This document shows, piece after piece, positions 36,035 through 44,840 of a stretch of 64,000 bases of DNA. Source of the DNA: Elusimicrobiales bacterium. GTDB lineage: Bacteria; Elusimicrobiota; Elusimicrobia; Elusimicrobiales; UBA9959. The DNA lies in the NCBI GenBank assembly GCA_023701245.1, contig JAMPXK010000002.1, positions 40,960-104,959 on the forward strand, read 5' to 3'. The notes beneath the pieces were generated by a model, which made no database searches, was not told the origin of the DNA, and saw nothing but the letters and a program-made list of their open reading frames with translations. A program made the translations under genes and the position numbers. Each line of letters starts with the position of its first letter. The stretch's first letter is position 1.

Positions 36035-38821
36035 TTGAATATCCGGGTAATAAGCGCGGCGGAGAACCTCGTAGAAGAAACGGGGAAGCTGCTGCTTTCC
36101 GGCGGGCCGCTGGCCGAAAACCTGGCGGTGTTCCCCGGCAAGCGGCCGGCGCATTTCCTGCGCAAGTACCTGGCCGACAGGCAGGGCAGGGCTTTTAAAG
36201 CTCCCGTCGTCACCTCCATGGACGGCTTTATCGACCTGGCCGCGGCGGAGCTGGGACTGAAAGGGCGCGAGGCCCCGCCCCTGGACCTGGCCGCGGTGCT
36301 CTACGCCCGCCTTAAACCGGAGTTGTGCCGCGTTATAGGCCGCGACCCCGCGGACCTGACGCTGGACTCTTTCCTGCCCTGGGCGCTCAAACTCGCCGGG
36401 GACTTCGAAGAACTGAAGATAGAGCTGAAAACGCCCAGGGACCTGGCCGCCTACGACTCCCTGCTGCCACGCGACCTGCGTTCGGCTTCCGTCATAAAGA
36501 AACTGGAGAGTTTCAGCGCCCTCTACGGCCGGTTCTACGCCGAACTGGAGCGGGAGGGCCTGCTGACGCGCTCCATGAAATACGCCGGCGTGGCGCGGGA
36601 GATCGGCCGCTTCGGCCATGAAAAATACGGGCATATGGTCTTTGCCGGTTTCTTCGCGCTGACCGCGGCCGAGAGAACTGTGCTGAAGCACCTGGCCGCG
36701 CGCGGCGCGCAGGTGCTGCTGGGGCCGGGGCCAGGCCTGGAAGAGCAGTTCTCCTTCCTGGGCGGCGCGGTCCAGCCCGCGCCCGGGCCCGCGCCCAAGC
36801 TGAATTTTTACCGCGCGCCGGACACCCACGGCGAGATCTTCAAGCTGGCCGAGGTGCTGCAAAAACCCGCGCCGGGCGACGTGGTGGTGCTGCCGGAACC
36901 CGCCGCCCTTTTCCCGCTCGTGGAACACGTGCTGCCCGCGGCGGGGGATTACAACATCTCCATGGGCTACCCGCTGGCGGCCACGCCGGTGTACGCGCTG
37001 CTGGACGCGCTGGGCGACCTGCTGGACAAGCGCGGCGAGGCCGGCTACTTCGCCCCCGACTATCTCAAGTTCGTCTTCCACCCTTACGTCAAGAACCTCT
37101 ACCTGGACGGCGCGGCCGAACCGGGGCGCGTCATCTTCCAGACGCTGGAGGAGGACCTGTCGCGCCGCGTGAACAAGTACGTGACCCTGCGCGAGATAGA
37201 GGAGAACGCGGAACTGCACCAGCGGGCGGCCGCCCGCCTGAAGGATTACGGCGGCGCCATAAGCCCGGCCGCGGTGAAAGCGCATTTAAAAGGCGTGCAC
37301 GACGCCCTGGTGCGGCCTTTCGAGCAGCTGGCTACTATAGCCGATTTCGCTGACAAGCTGCTGGCCGTGGTGGACCATGTTTCGCGCCACAGCACGGCCC
37401 CGCTGCACCCGTACTGGGCGCCGTTCGTGGAAAAGACCTTGGAGCATATCATAGGGCTGCGCAATTGCCGCCTGGCGGGGGAACGTTTCGGCGCGGCGGC
37501 CGGGTATTTCAAGTTCTTCAAGACGTCCCTGCAGGGCGCGGCCTACCCGTTCGCCGGCACGCCGCTCAAGGGGCTGCAGGTGCTGGGCCTGCTGGAAACG
37601 CGCGGCCTTAAGTTCGACCGCGTCTTTTTCCTGGACGCCAACGCCGACGTGCTGCCCGCCGCGCGCAAAGAGGACAGCGTGCTGTCGCATTTTGTGCGCG
37701 AAAGCCTGGGCCTGGCCACGTACAAGACGCGCGAACGCCTGGCACGCTACTATTTCAGCGCGCTGGCCGCCGGCGCCAAAGAAGCGCATATCTTCTACAA
37801 GGATTCCGCCGACAAGGAGCGCAGCCCTTTCGTGGAAAAGCTCATCTGGGACCTGGAGCGCCGGGGCGGGGGGCAGGGCGGGGGCGAAGTGCACCTGCGG
37901 GTGGATTTTTCGCAGACGGAGCCCTCCCCGGCGGCCAAGACGCCGGAGCTGACCGCGGCGCTGATGGCCCGGCAGTTCTCGCCTTCGGCCATAGACACTT
38001 ACCTGGCCTGCGGCCTGCGCTTCTACTACCGCTACGGCCTGCGCCTGGCCGAGAAGGACGAAGTGGGCGACGAGATAGACCAGCGCGACATAGGCAATAT
38101 CGTGCACGAGGTGCTGGAGGGTTTCTTCAAGGAGCGCGCCGGGCGGCCCCTGAACGTCATGGAGAAGGACCGGGGCGAGGTCCTGGCCGCGGCCCGCAAG
38201 GTTTTCGACGTGAAACTGAAAGGCCACGGGTCCGGGTTCGAATACCTGATAAAGCGCCAGGTTGAGCGGCGCCTGGGCGAGATCCTGGACTACCACCGCG
38301 ACAACCTCGTCGGCGTGACCGTGCTGGCCTGCGAGACGGAGCTTAAGGCGGAACTGCCCACCCGGTTCGGCAAGGTGAAGCTGCGCGGTTTCGCGGACCG
38401 CATAGACCAGCGCGGCGGCACCGTGCATATCCTGGATTACAAGACGGGCGCCAACGCCTCCGTGCCCAACTGGCAGCGCTTCGACCTGGGGCTGCGCGAA
38501 GAGTGGCCCGGGACCCTTAAGTCGGTGCAGCTGCCTTTCTATATTCTGGCTTACATGGCGGAACACGGCATAGAGAGCGCCGCCGGCATGGACGCTTCGC
38601 TGATGCTGCTGGGGTCCGAGAATATAACGGAAGAGACGCTTTACAAGGAGCGCAACAGGAAGACCCCCGACAAGGCCGCTATCTTCGGCACGTACAGGCA
38701 AGCCATCACCGCCCTGCTGGAAGAGATCCTGGACCCGGCGCTGCCCTTCTCCCCTACGGCCGACGAAAAGAACTGCGCCTCCTGCCCCTTCAAAACCCTC
38801 TGCGGCCGCCAGTGGGCGTAG
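36035..38821 (+). CDS. AddB-like PD-(D/E)XK nuclease family protein with an inactive helicase-like N-terminus
   Basis: TTG start with AAGGGG SD. No Walker A seen. C-terminal nuclease core HILDYKTG, QLPFYILAY, plus Cys in YLACGLRFYY and C-x2-C-x5-C (CASCPFKTLC), the AddB-type Fe-S staple pattern. Confidence 0.8.
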   Translation: MNIRVISAAENLVEETGKLLLSGGPLAENLAVFPGKRPAHFLRKYLADRQGRAFKAPVVTSMDGFIDLAAAELGLKGREAPPLDLAAVLYARLKPELCRVIGRDPADLTLDSFLPWALKLAGDFEELKIELKTPRDLAAYDSLLPRDLRSASVIKKLESFSALYGRFYAELEREGLLTRSMKYAGVAREIGRFGHEKYGHMVFAGFFALTAAERTVLKHLAARGAQVLLGPGPGLEEQFSFLGGAVQPAPGPAPKLNFYRAPDTHGEIFKLAEVLQKPAPGDVVVLPEPAALFPLVEHVLPAAGDYNISMGYPLAATPVYALLDALGDLLDKRGEAGYFAPDYLKFVFHPYVKNLYLDGAAEPGRVIFQTLEEDLSRRVNKYVTLREIEENAELHQRAAARLKDYGGAISPAAVKAHLKGVHDALVRPFEQLATIADFADKLLAVVDHVSRHSTAPLHPYWAPFVEKTLEHIIGLRNCRLAGERFGAAAGYFKFFKTSLQGAAYPFAGTPLKGLQVLGLLETRGLKFDRVFFLDANADVLPAARKEDSVLSHFVRESLGLATYKTRERLARYYFSALAAGAKEAHIFYKDSADKERSPFVEKLIWDLERRGGGQGGGEVHLRVDFSQTEPSPAAKTPELTAALMARQFSPSAIDTYLACGLRFYYRYGLRLAEKDEVGDEIDQRDIGNIVHEVLEGFFKERAGRPLNVMEKDRGEVLAAARKVFDVKLKGHGSGFEYLIKRQVERRLGEILDYHRDNLVGVTVLACETELKAELPTRFGKVKLRGFADRIDQRGGTVHILDYKTGANASVPNWQRFDLGLREEWPGTLKSVQLPFYILAYMAEHGIESAAGMDASLMLLGSENITEETLYKERNRKTPDKAAIFGTYRQAITALLEEILDPALPFSPTADEKNCASCPFKTLCGRQWA

Positions 38822-38936
38822 GGACGTTGTTGACTATTTGACTAACTTGGCAGTAAGGCGACTCAACCGACAATACAGACCCTGTGTCCCACCGGAACAT
38901 CCGATAAAAGTTAGTCAAATAGTCAACAACGTCCCT
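38820..38936. repeat. 117-bp element with perfect 27-bp inverted arms around a 63-nt centre
   Basis: aGGGACGTTGTTGACTATTTGACTAAC (38820-38846) is the exact reverse complement of 38910-38936. The left arm overlaps the TAG stop of the upstream gene, and the element is AT-richer than its surroundings. Confidence 0.85.
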
Positions 38937-38943
38937 TAATAAT

Positions 38944-38973
38944 TTGACTGCGGCGGGGGGCAATGGCTACAAT
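38944..38973 (+). promoter_or_regulatory. sigma70-type promoter TTGACT-18-TACAAT for the C1 peptidase gene
   Basis: TTGACT 38944-38949 and TACAAT 38968-38973. SD GAGAGG precedes ATG 38994. Confidence 0.55.
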
Positions 38974-38993
38974 TCGGGTAGAGAGGTATACCA

Positions 38994-39983
38994 ATGAAAA
39001 ATAGAACGATAATTTATTCCCTGGCCGCGCTGCTGGCCGTGCCGCTGCTGGCCGCCTCCGGCCGGGCCCAGGCCGGCGTTTCCGCCGCCGCCAAAGAACA
39101 GATAGAGGCCGTGCAGAAGGCCGTTAAAGCCGCCGGCGCGGGCTGGGAAGCCGGCGAGACCAGCGTGTCGGGTTTCAGCCGCGAGGAATGGAAGGGGCTG
39201 ATGGGCTTCGACGGCGGGCCGAGCGACGCCGAACCGGCCCCGGAGCTCTCCATACTGGAACTGCCGGCCGCGCTGGACTGGCGCGACAACGGCGGAAATT
39301 ATGTTACCGCGCCGCGCGACCAGAAGAAATGCGGCAGTTGCTGGGCTTTCGCCATGACAGGCGCCCTTGAGTCTTACGCGCTGCGCACCCAGAACAAGCC
39401 CGGCCAGGACCTGGACCTTTCCGAGCAGGTGATGCTCAGCTGCAGCGGCGCGGGCTCCTGCAAAGGCGGTCTGCTCAACGCCGGCTACCTGAAGAAAGCC
39501 GGGCTGCCTCTCGAACCCGTTTACCCCTACACCGCGCTGGACGGCTCCTGCTCGGCGGCCGCCCCCGGCTGGCAGGGCAGCGCCTACAAGATAGTCAATT
39601 ACGGCAAGGTCTCTCAGAAGCTGGCGACGATCAAAGCCGCGCTGGCCGCCTACGGCCCTCTGCCTACCGCCATGATGGTCTACGAGGACTTCATGCAGTA
39701 CAAGAGCGGCGTCTACAGTTATGTCACCGGCAAGCGCCTTGGCGGCCACGCCGTGCTGCTGGTAGGCTACAATGACCCGGGCCAGTACTTCATCGTCAAG
39801 AACAGCTGGAACACCGGCTGGGGCGAGCAGGGCTTTTTCCGCATCGCCTATTCCGAACTTGACGGCAAGTCCAACTTCGGCCTGAGCACCATCGCTTACT
39901 ACACGTCCAAAGGCGACACCGCCGCCCAGGCCGCCGCCTGGTCCCGGCTGGCCCCCAGGTTCGAAGATCTTAGCTGGAACTGA
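38994..39983 (+). CDS. papain-like (C1) cysteine peptidase, secreted
   Basis: Signal peptide, QKKCGSCWAFAMTGALES (catalytic Cys), GGHAVLLVGY (His) and VKNSWNTGWGEQGFFRI. Confidence 0.85.
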   Translation: MKNRTIIYSLAALLAVPLLAASGRAQAGVSAAAKEQIEAVQKAVKAAGAGWEAGETSVSGFSREEWKGLMGFDGGPSDAEPAPELSILELPAALDWRDNGGNYVTAPRDQKKCGSCWAFAMTGALESYALRTQNKPGQDLDLSEQVMLSCSGAGSCKGGLLNAGYLKKAGLPLEPVYPYTALDGSCSAAAPGWQGSAYKIVNYGKVSQKLATIKAALAAYGPLPTAMMVYEDFMQYKSGVYSYVTGKRLGGHAVLLVGYNDPGQYFIVKNSWNTGWGEQGFFRIAYSELDGKSNFGLSTIAYYTSKGDTAAQAAAWSRLAPRFEDLSWN

Positions 39984-39995
39984 ACATCCGCGCGC

Positions 39996-40034
39996 AAAAA
40001 GAACGGCGGCCCCTCGGGGCCGCCGTTCTTTTTT
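39996..40034. terminator. bidirectional intrinsic terminator
   Basis: AAAAA-GAACGGCGGCCCC..GGGGCCGCCGTTC-TTTTTT between convergent genes. Confidence 0.8.
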
Positions 40035-40047
40035 GTCCGCGCCGCGC

Positions 40048-41469
40048 TTACGGCGCGCGGGGATTGTCTTCGTCGCCGTTGATGTGGGTGAGGGCGGTGT
40101 TCTCGCCTTCGGCCGCGCTCATCCTGTCTAGGATGGTCTGCCAGGAGGGTTTCTGGCCCATGGTGACGCTGGTGATAAAGGCCGTGTCCACCTTGGCGCC
40201 CACGTCGAAAGCCGCGCCTATGCCGGTGGTTATGATGTCCAGGTTCCTGGTGCCTTTGGGGTCGGCGGCGCTTTTCTTGAGGCGGAAGAAGGCGCTGTTG
40301 TAGTAAGCGTAGGTGGAGCAGCCCTGGAACACGAAGATCTGGTACTTGTTCTGGGGCAGCGCCAGCGGGCGGCCGGAATCCTCCATGAGGCGCTCCGGGT
40401 TAAGGTAGCCGCCCAGGCCGGAGTGGCCGTCGTAGATGAAGATGTCCGATTTCATGCCGCGCACGGCTTCCTTGGCGAATTCCACGCTGTTGGGGTCCAG
40501 CAGCAGCATCTGCACGTGCGTGCGCTTGGGGCCGGCGTTGTAGGTGAGCTGTTTGCGGCGGGCCTCGTCCACGGTGACGCGGAAGCCCGCGGCCTTAAGG
40601 CCGGCGAAAGCGTCGTTGAAGGTCTTCTTGCCCAGGTCGCTGCTCTGGAAATTCTCGTCCACGCCCACCAGGTAGGACACCTGCAGCACTTCCTTGTTGC
40701 CGTTGTCGCCGTAAAGGCGGGCGTATTCCGGGTAGGTGCCGCGCGTCATGGGCAGGGGCTTAAGGTCGGTCTGCACGCCCACCAGCTCGGCGCCGGTTAT
40801 GGGGCAGCCGTCCTGGTAGGGGTTCCAGAAATACCAGAAGTCCCCTTCGCTGTTGTAATGTTCGTCGGTGCAGCGGTTGACGCGCGAGGAGGGGGAGGGA
40901 AAGCCGCTGGCGTAGATGGTGACGGGGTCCTTGGGCAGCACGAAATTTATACGCACGCTGCCTCCGCCGGAGAACATCCGGCTGGCGAAGACCACCACGT
41001 CGTCGTAGGAATAAGAGATCTTGGCGTAAGGTTCGTTGGGCACCTTTTGGGCTCCCAGCAGGGTCAGCTTGTAGTCGCCGGACGGGATGCCGGGGTTGTC
41101 CGTGAAACCCGGGTGCATGGTGAAGGCGCCGTACATGTGCTGCAGCTGCAGGTCCGCCAGTTCCGTGATCTTCTGCCGGTGGTAGGGGTTGTCTAGCAGC
41201 TGTGAGACGGCGCCGGTATAATTGGCCGGGAGCTTGTAGTGCAGGTAGGCGGTGAACTGCATGCGCGCCTGGCGGGAATCCCTGCCGTACCATTTGGCGG
41301 GCCGCTCCGCGGCGGAGAAAATGTCGGAAAGTTCAGGGGCCAGCGCCGCGGTTTCCGGGGCGGGGAGAGTTTTCAGGCGGGAGGCGTCTATGGCGAGATC
41401 TCCGAAACCGGCGGCCTGGGCCGCGCCGGCGAGGCTGAGCAGCAGCGCTGATAAAAATGTTTTCTTCAT
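40048..41469 (-). CDS. secreted protein with a clan-CD-like His-Gly / Cys dyad, family unknown
   Basis: Signal peptide LAGAAQA/AG. DIFIYDGHSGLGG and QIFVFQGCSTYAY each have a hydrophobic strand before the candidate catalytic residue. Confidence 0.6.
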   Translation of the reverse strand: MKKTFLSALLLSLAGAAQAAGFGDLAIDASRLKTLPAPETAALAPELSDIFSAAERPAKWYGRDSRQARMQFTAYLHYKLPANYTGAVSQLLDNPYHRQKITELADLQLQHMYGAFTMHPGFTDNPGIPSGDYKLTLLGAQKVPNEPYAKISYSYDDVVVFASRMFSGGGSVRINFVLPKDPVTIYASGFPSPSSRVNRCTDEHYNSEGDFWYFWNPYQDGCPITGAELVGVQTDLKPLPMTRGTYPEYARLYGDNGNKEVLQVSYLVGVDENFQSSDLGKKTFNDAFAGLKAAGFRVTVDEARRKQLTYNAGPKRTHVQMLLLDPNSVEFAKEAVRGMKSDIFIYDGHSGLGGYLNPERLMEDSGRPLALPQNKYQIFVFQGCSTYAYYNSAFFRLKKSAADPKGTRNLDIITTGIGAAFDVGAKVDTAFITSVTMGQKPSWQTILDRMSAAEGENTALTHINGDEDNPRAP

Positions 41470-41632
41470 GCAGGTATCCTTTGGCGGGAGCGCCCGCCTA
41501 TCCGTATATTATCCTCTTAAAGGCGGGAGGGCGACAGGGCCAAAAGCCCGGGGCCCGCGGCGTAAAATGCCGGGCCTTTTTTAGGCCTTTAGGCCCTTAT
41601 GCCGCCGGCCCGCTGCCTTCTATAATCTCCCT

Positions 41633-42424
41633 ATGCTCAAAAAAGCCCCGCTTTTCCGCGCGTTCCTGCTTTCCCTGCTGGTCATAACGGCCGGCCGGCC
41701 CGCTGCCGCCCAGACTTTGGAGCAGGCCGCCGAACACCTAGGCATACACCTGCTGCCCGCGCGCGCTTTCCTGCTGCCGCTGCCGGGACTGCCGGTAAGC
41801 GCGCTTGAAAAAAGCGCGGCCGCCGGCCATTACCTGGATACCGCTTCGCTGGATTTCCGGGCCGTGCCCGCCGCTCCCGCCGCCGGCTCGCGCGAGGACC
41901 AGGAGGATTTCCGGGTGATCTTCGACTGGCAGGCGCGCCGCACCGCCGCGCAATGCGCCGCCGCCAAGGCCGAGATGAGCCATAATTACGACGTCTTTTT
42001 CGGCAGGATAAGCCCCTTTCCCGTCCCGGCCCCGGCGCAGGTAAAACAATTTTTCAAGAACGTGGAGAACGATTCCGTGGCCGCGCACAAGTTCCTGAAG
42101 GACGTGTACAAACGCGAACGCCCCTTTGTGCGCGACCCCCGGGTGCAGCCCTGCCTGCCGCGCGTGCAGGGGCTCTCCTACCCCAGCGGCCATTCGGCCA
42201 TGGCGCGCCTGTTCGCGCTGATACTGAGCGACCTGGTGCCCTCCAGGCGGGCGGAATTCCTGGCCCGGGCCGACGAGGCCGCGTTATTCCGGGTGCTGGG
42301 CGGCGTGCACCATCCCACCGACACGGCGGCCGGCAAGGCTCTGGCCGAGACCCTCTACAAACAGCTGCAGAAAAACCCCGCTTTCACGGCGGAGCTGCGC
42401 GCCCTGCGCCCGCTGCTGAAATAA
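41633..42424 (+). CDS. PAP2 / class A acid phosphatase family protein, secreted
   Basis: KRERPF, YPSGHS and GGVHHPTDTAAG motifs. TATAAT 41621-41626 lies 6 nt before the ATG. Confidence 0.8.
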   Translation: MLKKAPLFRAFLLSLLVITAGRPAAAQTLEQAAEHLGIHLLPARAFLLPLPGLPVSALEKSAAAGHYLDTASLDFRAVPAAPAAGSREDQEDFRVIFDWQARRTAAQCAAAKAEMSHNYDVFFGRISPFPVPAPAQVKQFFKNVENDSVAAHKFLKDVYKRERPFVRDPRVQPCLPRVQGLSYPSGHSAMARLFALILSDLVPSRRAEFLARADEAALFRVLGGVHHPTDTAAGKALAETLYKQLQKNPAFTAELRALRPLLK

Positions 42425-42514
42425 GCCGCGGTTTAACTCGCCGCGGCCATTTTGGTATCATACCTGTATCCCGGAGCGACCGCGCCCCCGACCCAACGGA
42501 GATAATTTCAGCGT

Positions 42515-43426
42515 ATGAAGAACACCATCCTTGTAGTTGGTTCCGTAGCGTTGGATTCCGTCAGCACCATACACGGCAGCACCAATAAGGCCCTGGGCGG
42601 CTCCGCGGTGCACTTTTCCCTTTCGGCTTCGCAGTTCTCGCCGGTAAAGATGGTGGGCGTGGTAGGCGAGGACTTCCCTAAAAAGTTCCGCGGCTACCTG
42701 GAGCGGCGCAATATCTGCCTTAAAGGCATGGAAGTGATGCCGGGCAAGACCTTTCACTGGGTGGGCCGCTACGACCGCGACTACAAGAACGCCGAGACCA
42801 TAGCCACGCACCTCAACGTTTTCGAGCAGTTCAAACCCAAGCTCAACGACGACCACCGCCGCTGCGGCGTGCTGTTCCTGGCGAACATCGATCCCGACCT
42901 GCAGCGCAGCGTGCTGGACCAGATGGGCAAGCCGCGCCTGGTGGCCTGTGACACCATGAATTACTGGATCAGCCTCAAGAAGCCGTCTCTCCTGAAGCTG
43001 CTCAAGAAAGTGGACATGCTCTTCGTCAACGAGGAAGAGGCGCGCCAGCTGACCGGAGAATACAATTTGATAAAGGCGGCCCGGCTGATAATGAAAATGG
43101 GCCCGCGCGGCATAGTGGTGAAGCGCGGCGACGCCGGCGCCATGATGTTCTTCAAGGACAACGTGCTTTCCGTGCCCGCCCACCCGATCGAAAAGGTTGT
43201 GGACCCCACCGGCGCCGGAGATACCTTCGCCGGCGGCTTCATGGGCTACCTGGCCGCCGCGCCCGACTGGAAGAATTTCGACGTGATCCGCCGCGCCATG
43301 AGCTACGGCACCGTGATGAGCTCTTTCTCCGTGGAGGACTTCAGCACCAAGCGCGTGGGCACCGTTTCCAAGCCGCAGATCTGCTCGCGCTTTAACAAGT
43401 ACGTGGACAACCTGCACGTCCGCTAG
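42515..43426 (+). CDS. PfkB family carbohydrate/nucleoside kinase
   Basis: VGSVALDSV and GGSAVHFS at the N-terminus, and the C-terminal DPTGAGDTFAGGF. Confidence 0.85.
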   Translation: MKNTILVVGSVALDSVSTIHGSTNKALGGSAVHFSLSASQFSPVKMVGVVGEDFPKKFRGYLERRNICLKGMEVMPGKTFHWVGRYDRDYKNAETIATHLNVFEQFKPKLNDDHRRCGVLFLANIDPDLQRSVLDQMGKPRLVACDTMNYWISLKKPSLLKLLKKVDMLFVNEEEARQLTGEYNLIKAARLIMKMGPRGIVVKRGDAGAMMFFKDNVLSVPAHPIEKVVDPTGAGDTFAGGFMGYLAAAPDWKNFDVIRRAMSYGTVMSSFSVEDFSTKRVGTVSKPQICSRFNKYVDNLHVR

Positions 43427-43561
43427 TCCCGCTTACCCAAAAGACCCAGCCGCGCCCGGGCCCTGTAGCCCATGCGCGGCTGGTTCTTTTAAGGTTAAAT
43501 ATATATGCGGCCGGCTGTTGTTCGGCGCCGCGGCTGTACAACTTGTGAAAAGGCGGCTAAA

Positions 43562-44779
43562 ATGAAAAAGAACAACCTTCTCTCGCTGTTGCTGCTCGCG
43601 GCTCTCGCTCCCGGGGCCTATGCCCTGGACCTGAATAACCCTCTCCCCAACTGGATAGACTCCGGCCGTGAAAAGGCCGACGGCCGGCCGCCCTTGATGG
43701 CGCCCAGCCGCCGCGGCGCGCCGCCCTCCGGTTTCCGCATGCCTGCCGAATACGAGCCCGTGGGGGCCGTGGTGATGGGCTGGGCGGGCTACACTCCCAT
43801 GCTTAACGGCATAGCCAGGGCCGCTGCCGGCCCCGGCAAGGCGCAGCTCTGGGTGGTCGGGGGCCCCGCTTCCATCTCTGGCGTACCCGCCGCCTCCTAC
43901 AGCCGCATCAACGCCCCGCTCGACACCGTGTGGGTGCGCGACTACGGTCCTTTCGGCATCGCCAACGGCCGCCCCGGCATAGTGGACTCGGTTTACCGCC
44001 ATTACCAGTACCGCCGCGACGACGATGCCGTGCCCCAGGCCCTGGGCCAGGCCAAGAAGATAGACGTGTTCGGCATGCCCATCATCATGGACGGCGGCAA
44101 CCTGATGGTGGACAGCCAGGGCACCCTCTTCCACACCAACCGCACCTATCTCTGGAATTCCAATATGAGCCGGGAACAGGTGGACGCCCACCTGAAGAAT
44201 TACCTGAAGGTCAAGAAAATAGTCGTGTTCGATTACGCCGGCTACCCCGGCGAGCCGGCCGACGGCACCGGCCACATCGATATGTACGTGAAGCTGCTCA
44301 ACGACAATACCGTGCTGCTGGCGGTGACGGAGAACGAACCTTTCAAGACCGCCTGCGACAAGGCTATGGCCTGGTTCAAGGCCAACAAAGCCCCCAACGG
44401 CCAGCCCTACAAGATCATCACCGTTAAGGCCTGGGAGGATTACGGCACCTGGTATACCTATACCAACTCGCTGCTGGTCAATAATGTGGCCATCCTGCCC
44501 TCCTACTCCGGCCACCCGGCCGAGGAAGCCGCCGCCAAGGCCGCCTACGAGGCCGGCATGCCCGGAGTTACCGTGGTGCCCGTAAATTCCGATTCCAGCA
44601 TCACCTCCGGCGGGTCCATACACTGCGTCACTCAGACCATCCCCGTGCTGCCCGCGCTGAAGGCTTCCGAGGTCTTTACGGAGCAGCCCGAGTTCATGGA
44701 GATGGATGTGACCCCGGTGAGCCCGCTGCGCGACTCCGGCGACTCCACCACGCTGCGCCAGCTGCTGGAGAACCTGTAA
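43562..44779 (+). CDS. agmatine deiminase / Porphyromonas-type peptidyl-arginine deiminase family protein with a signal peptide
   Basis: ATG 43562 (MKKNNLLSLLLLAALAPGAYA) is preferred over 43505. VWVRDYGPF, MDGGNLMVD, DGTGHIDMY and GGSIHCVTQ (catalytic Cys). Confidence 0.85.
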   Translation: MKKNNLLSLLLLAALAPGAYALDLNNPLPNWIDSGREKADGRPPLMAPSRRGAPPSGFRMPAEYEPVGAVVMGWAGYTPMLNGIARAAAGPGKAQLWVVGGPASISGVPAASYSRINAPLDTVWVRDYGPFGIANGRPGIVDSVYRHYQYRRDDDAVPQALGQAKKIDVFGMPIIMDGGNLMVDSQGTLFHTNRTYLWNSNMSREQVDAHLKNYLKVKKIVVFDYAGYPGEPADGTGHIDMYVKLLNDNTVLLAVTENEPFKTACDKAMAWFKANKAPNGQPYKIITVKAWEDYGTWYTYTNSLLVNNVAILPSYSGHPAEEAAAKAAYEAGMPGVTVVPVNSDSSITSGGSIHCVTQTIPVLPALKASEVFTEQPEFMEMDVTPVSPLRDSGDSTTLRQLLENL

Positions 44780-44800
44780 CAAAAGATCGGCCGTAACAGA

Positions 44801-44838
44801 AGGACCGCCGGGTTTTATACCGGCGGTCCTCTTTTTTG
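44801..44838 (+). terminator. intrinsic terminator
   Basis: AGGACCGCCGG-gttttata-CCGGCGGTCCT followed by CTTTTTTG. Confidence 0.8.
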
Positions 44839-44840
44839 TC

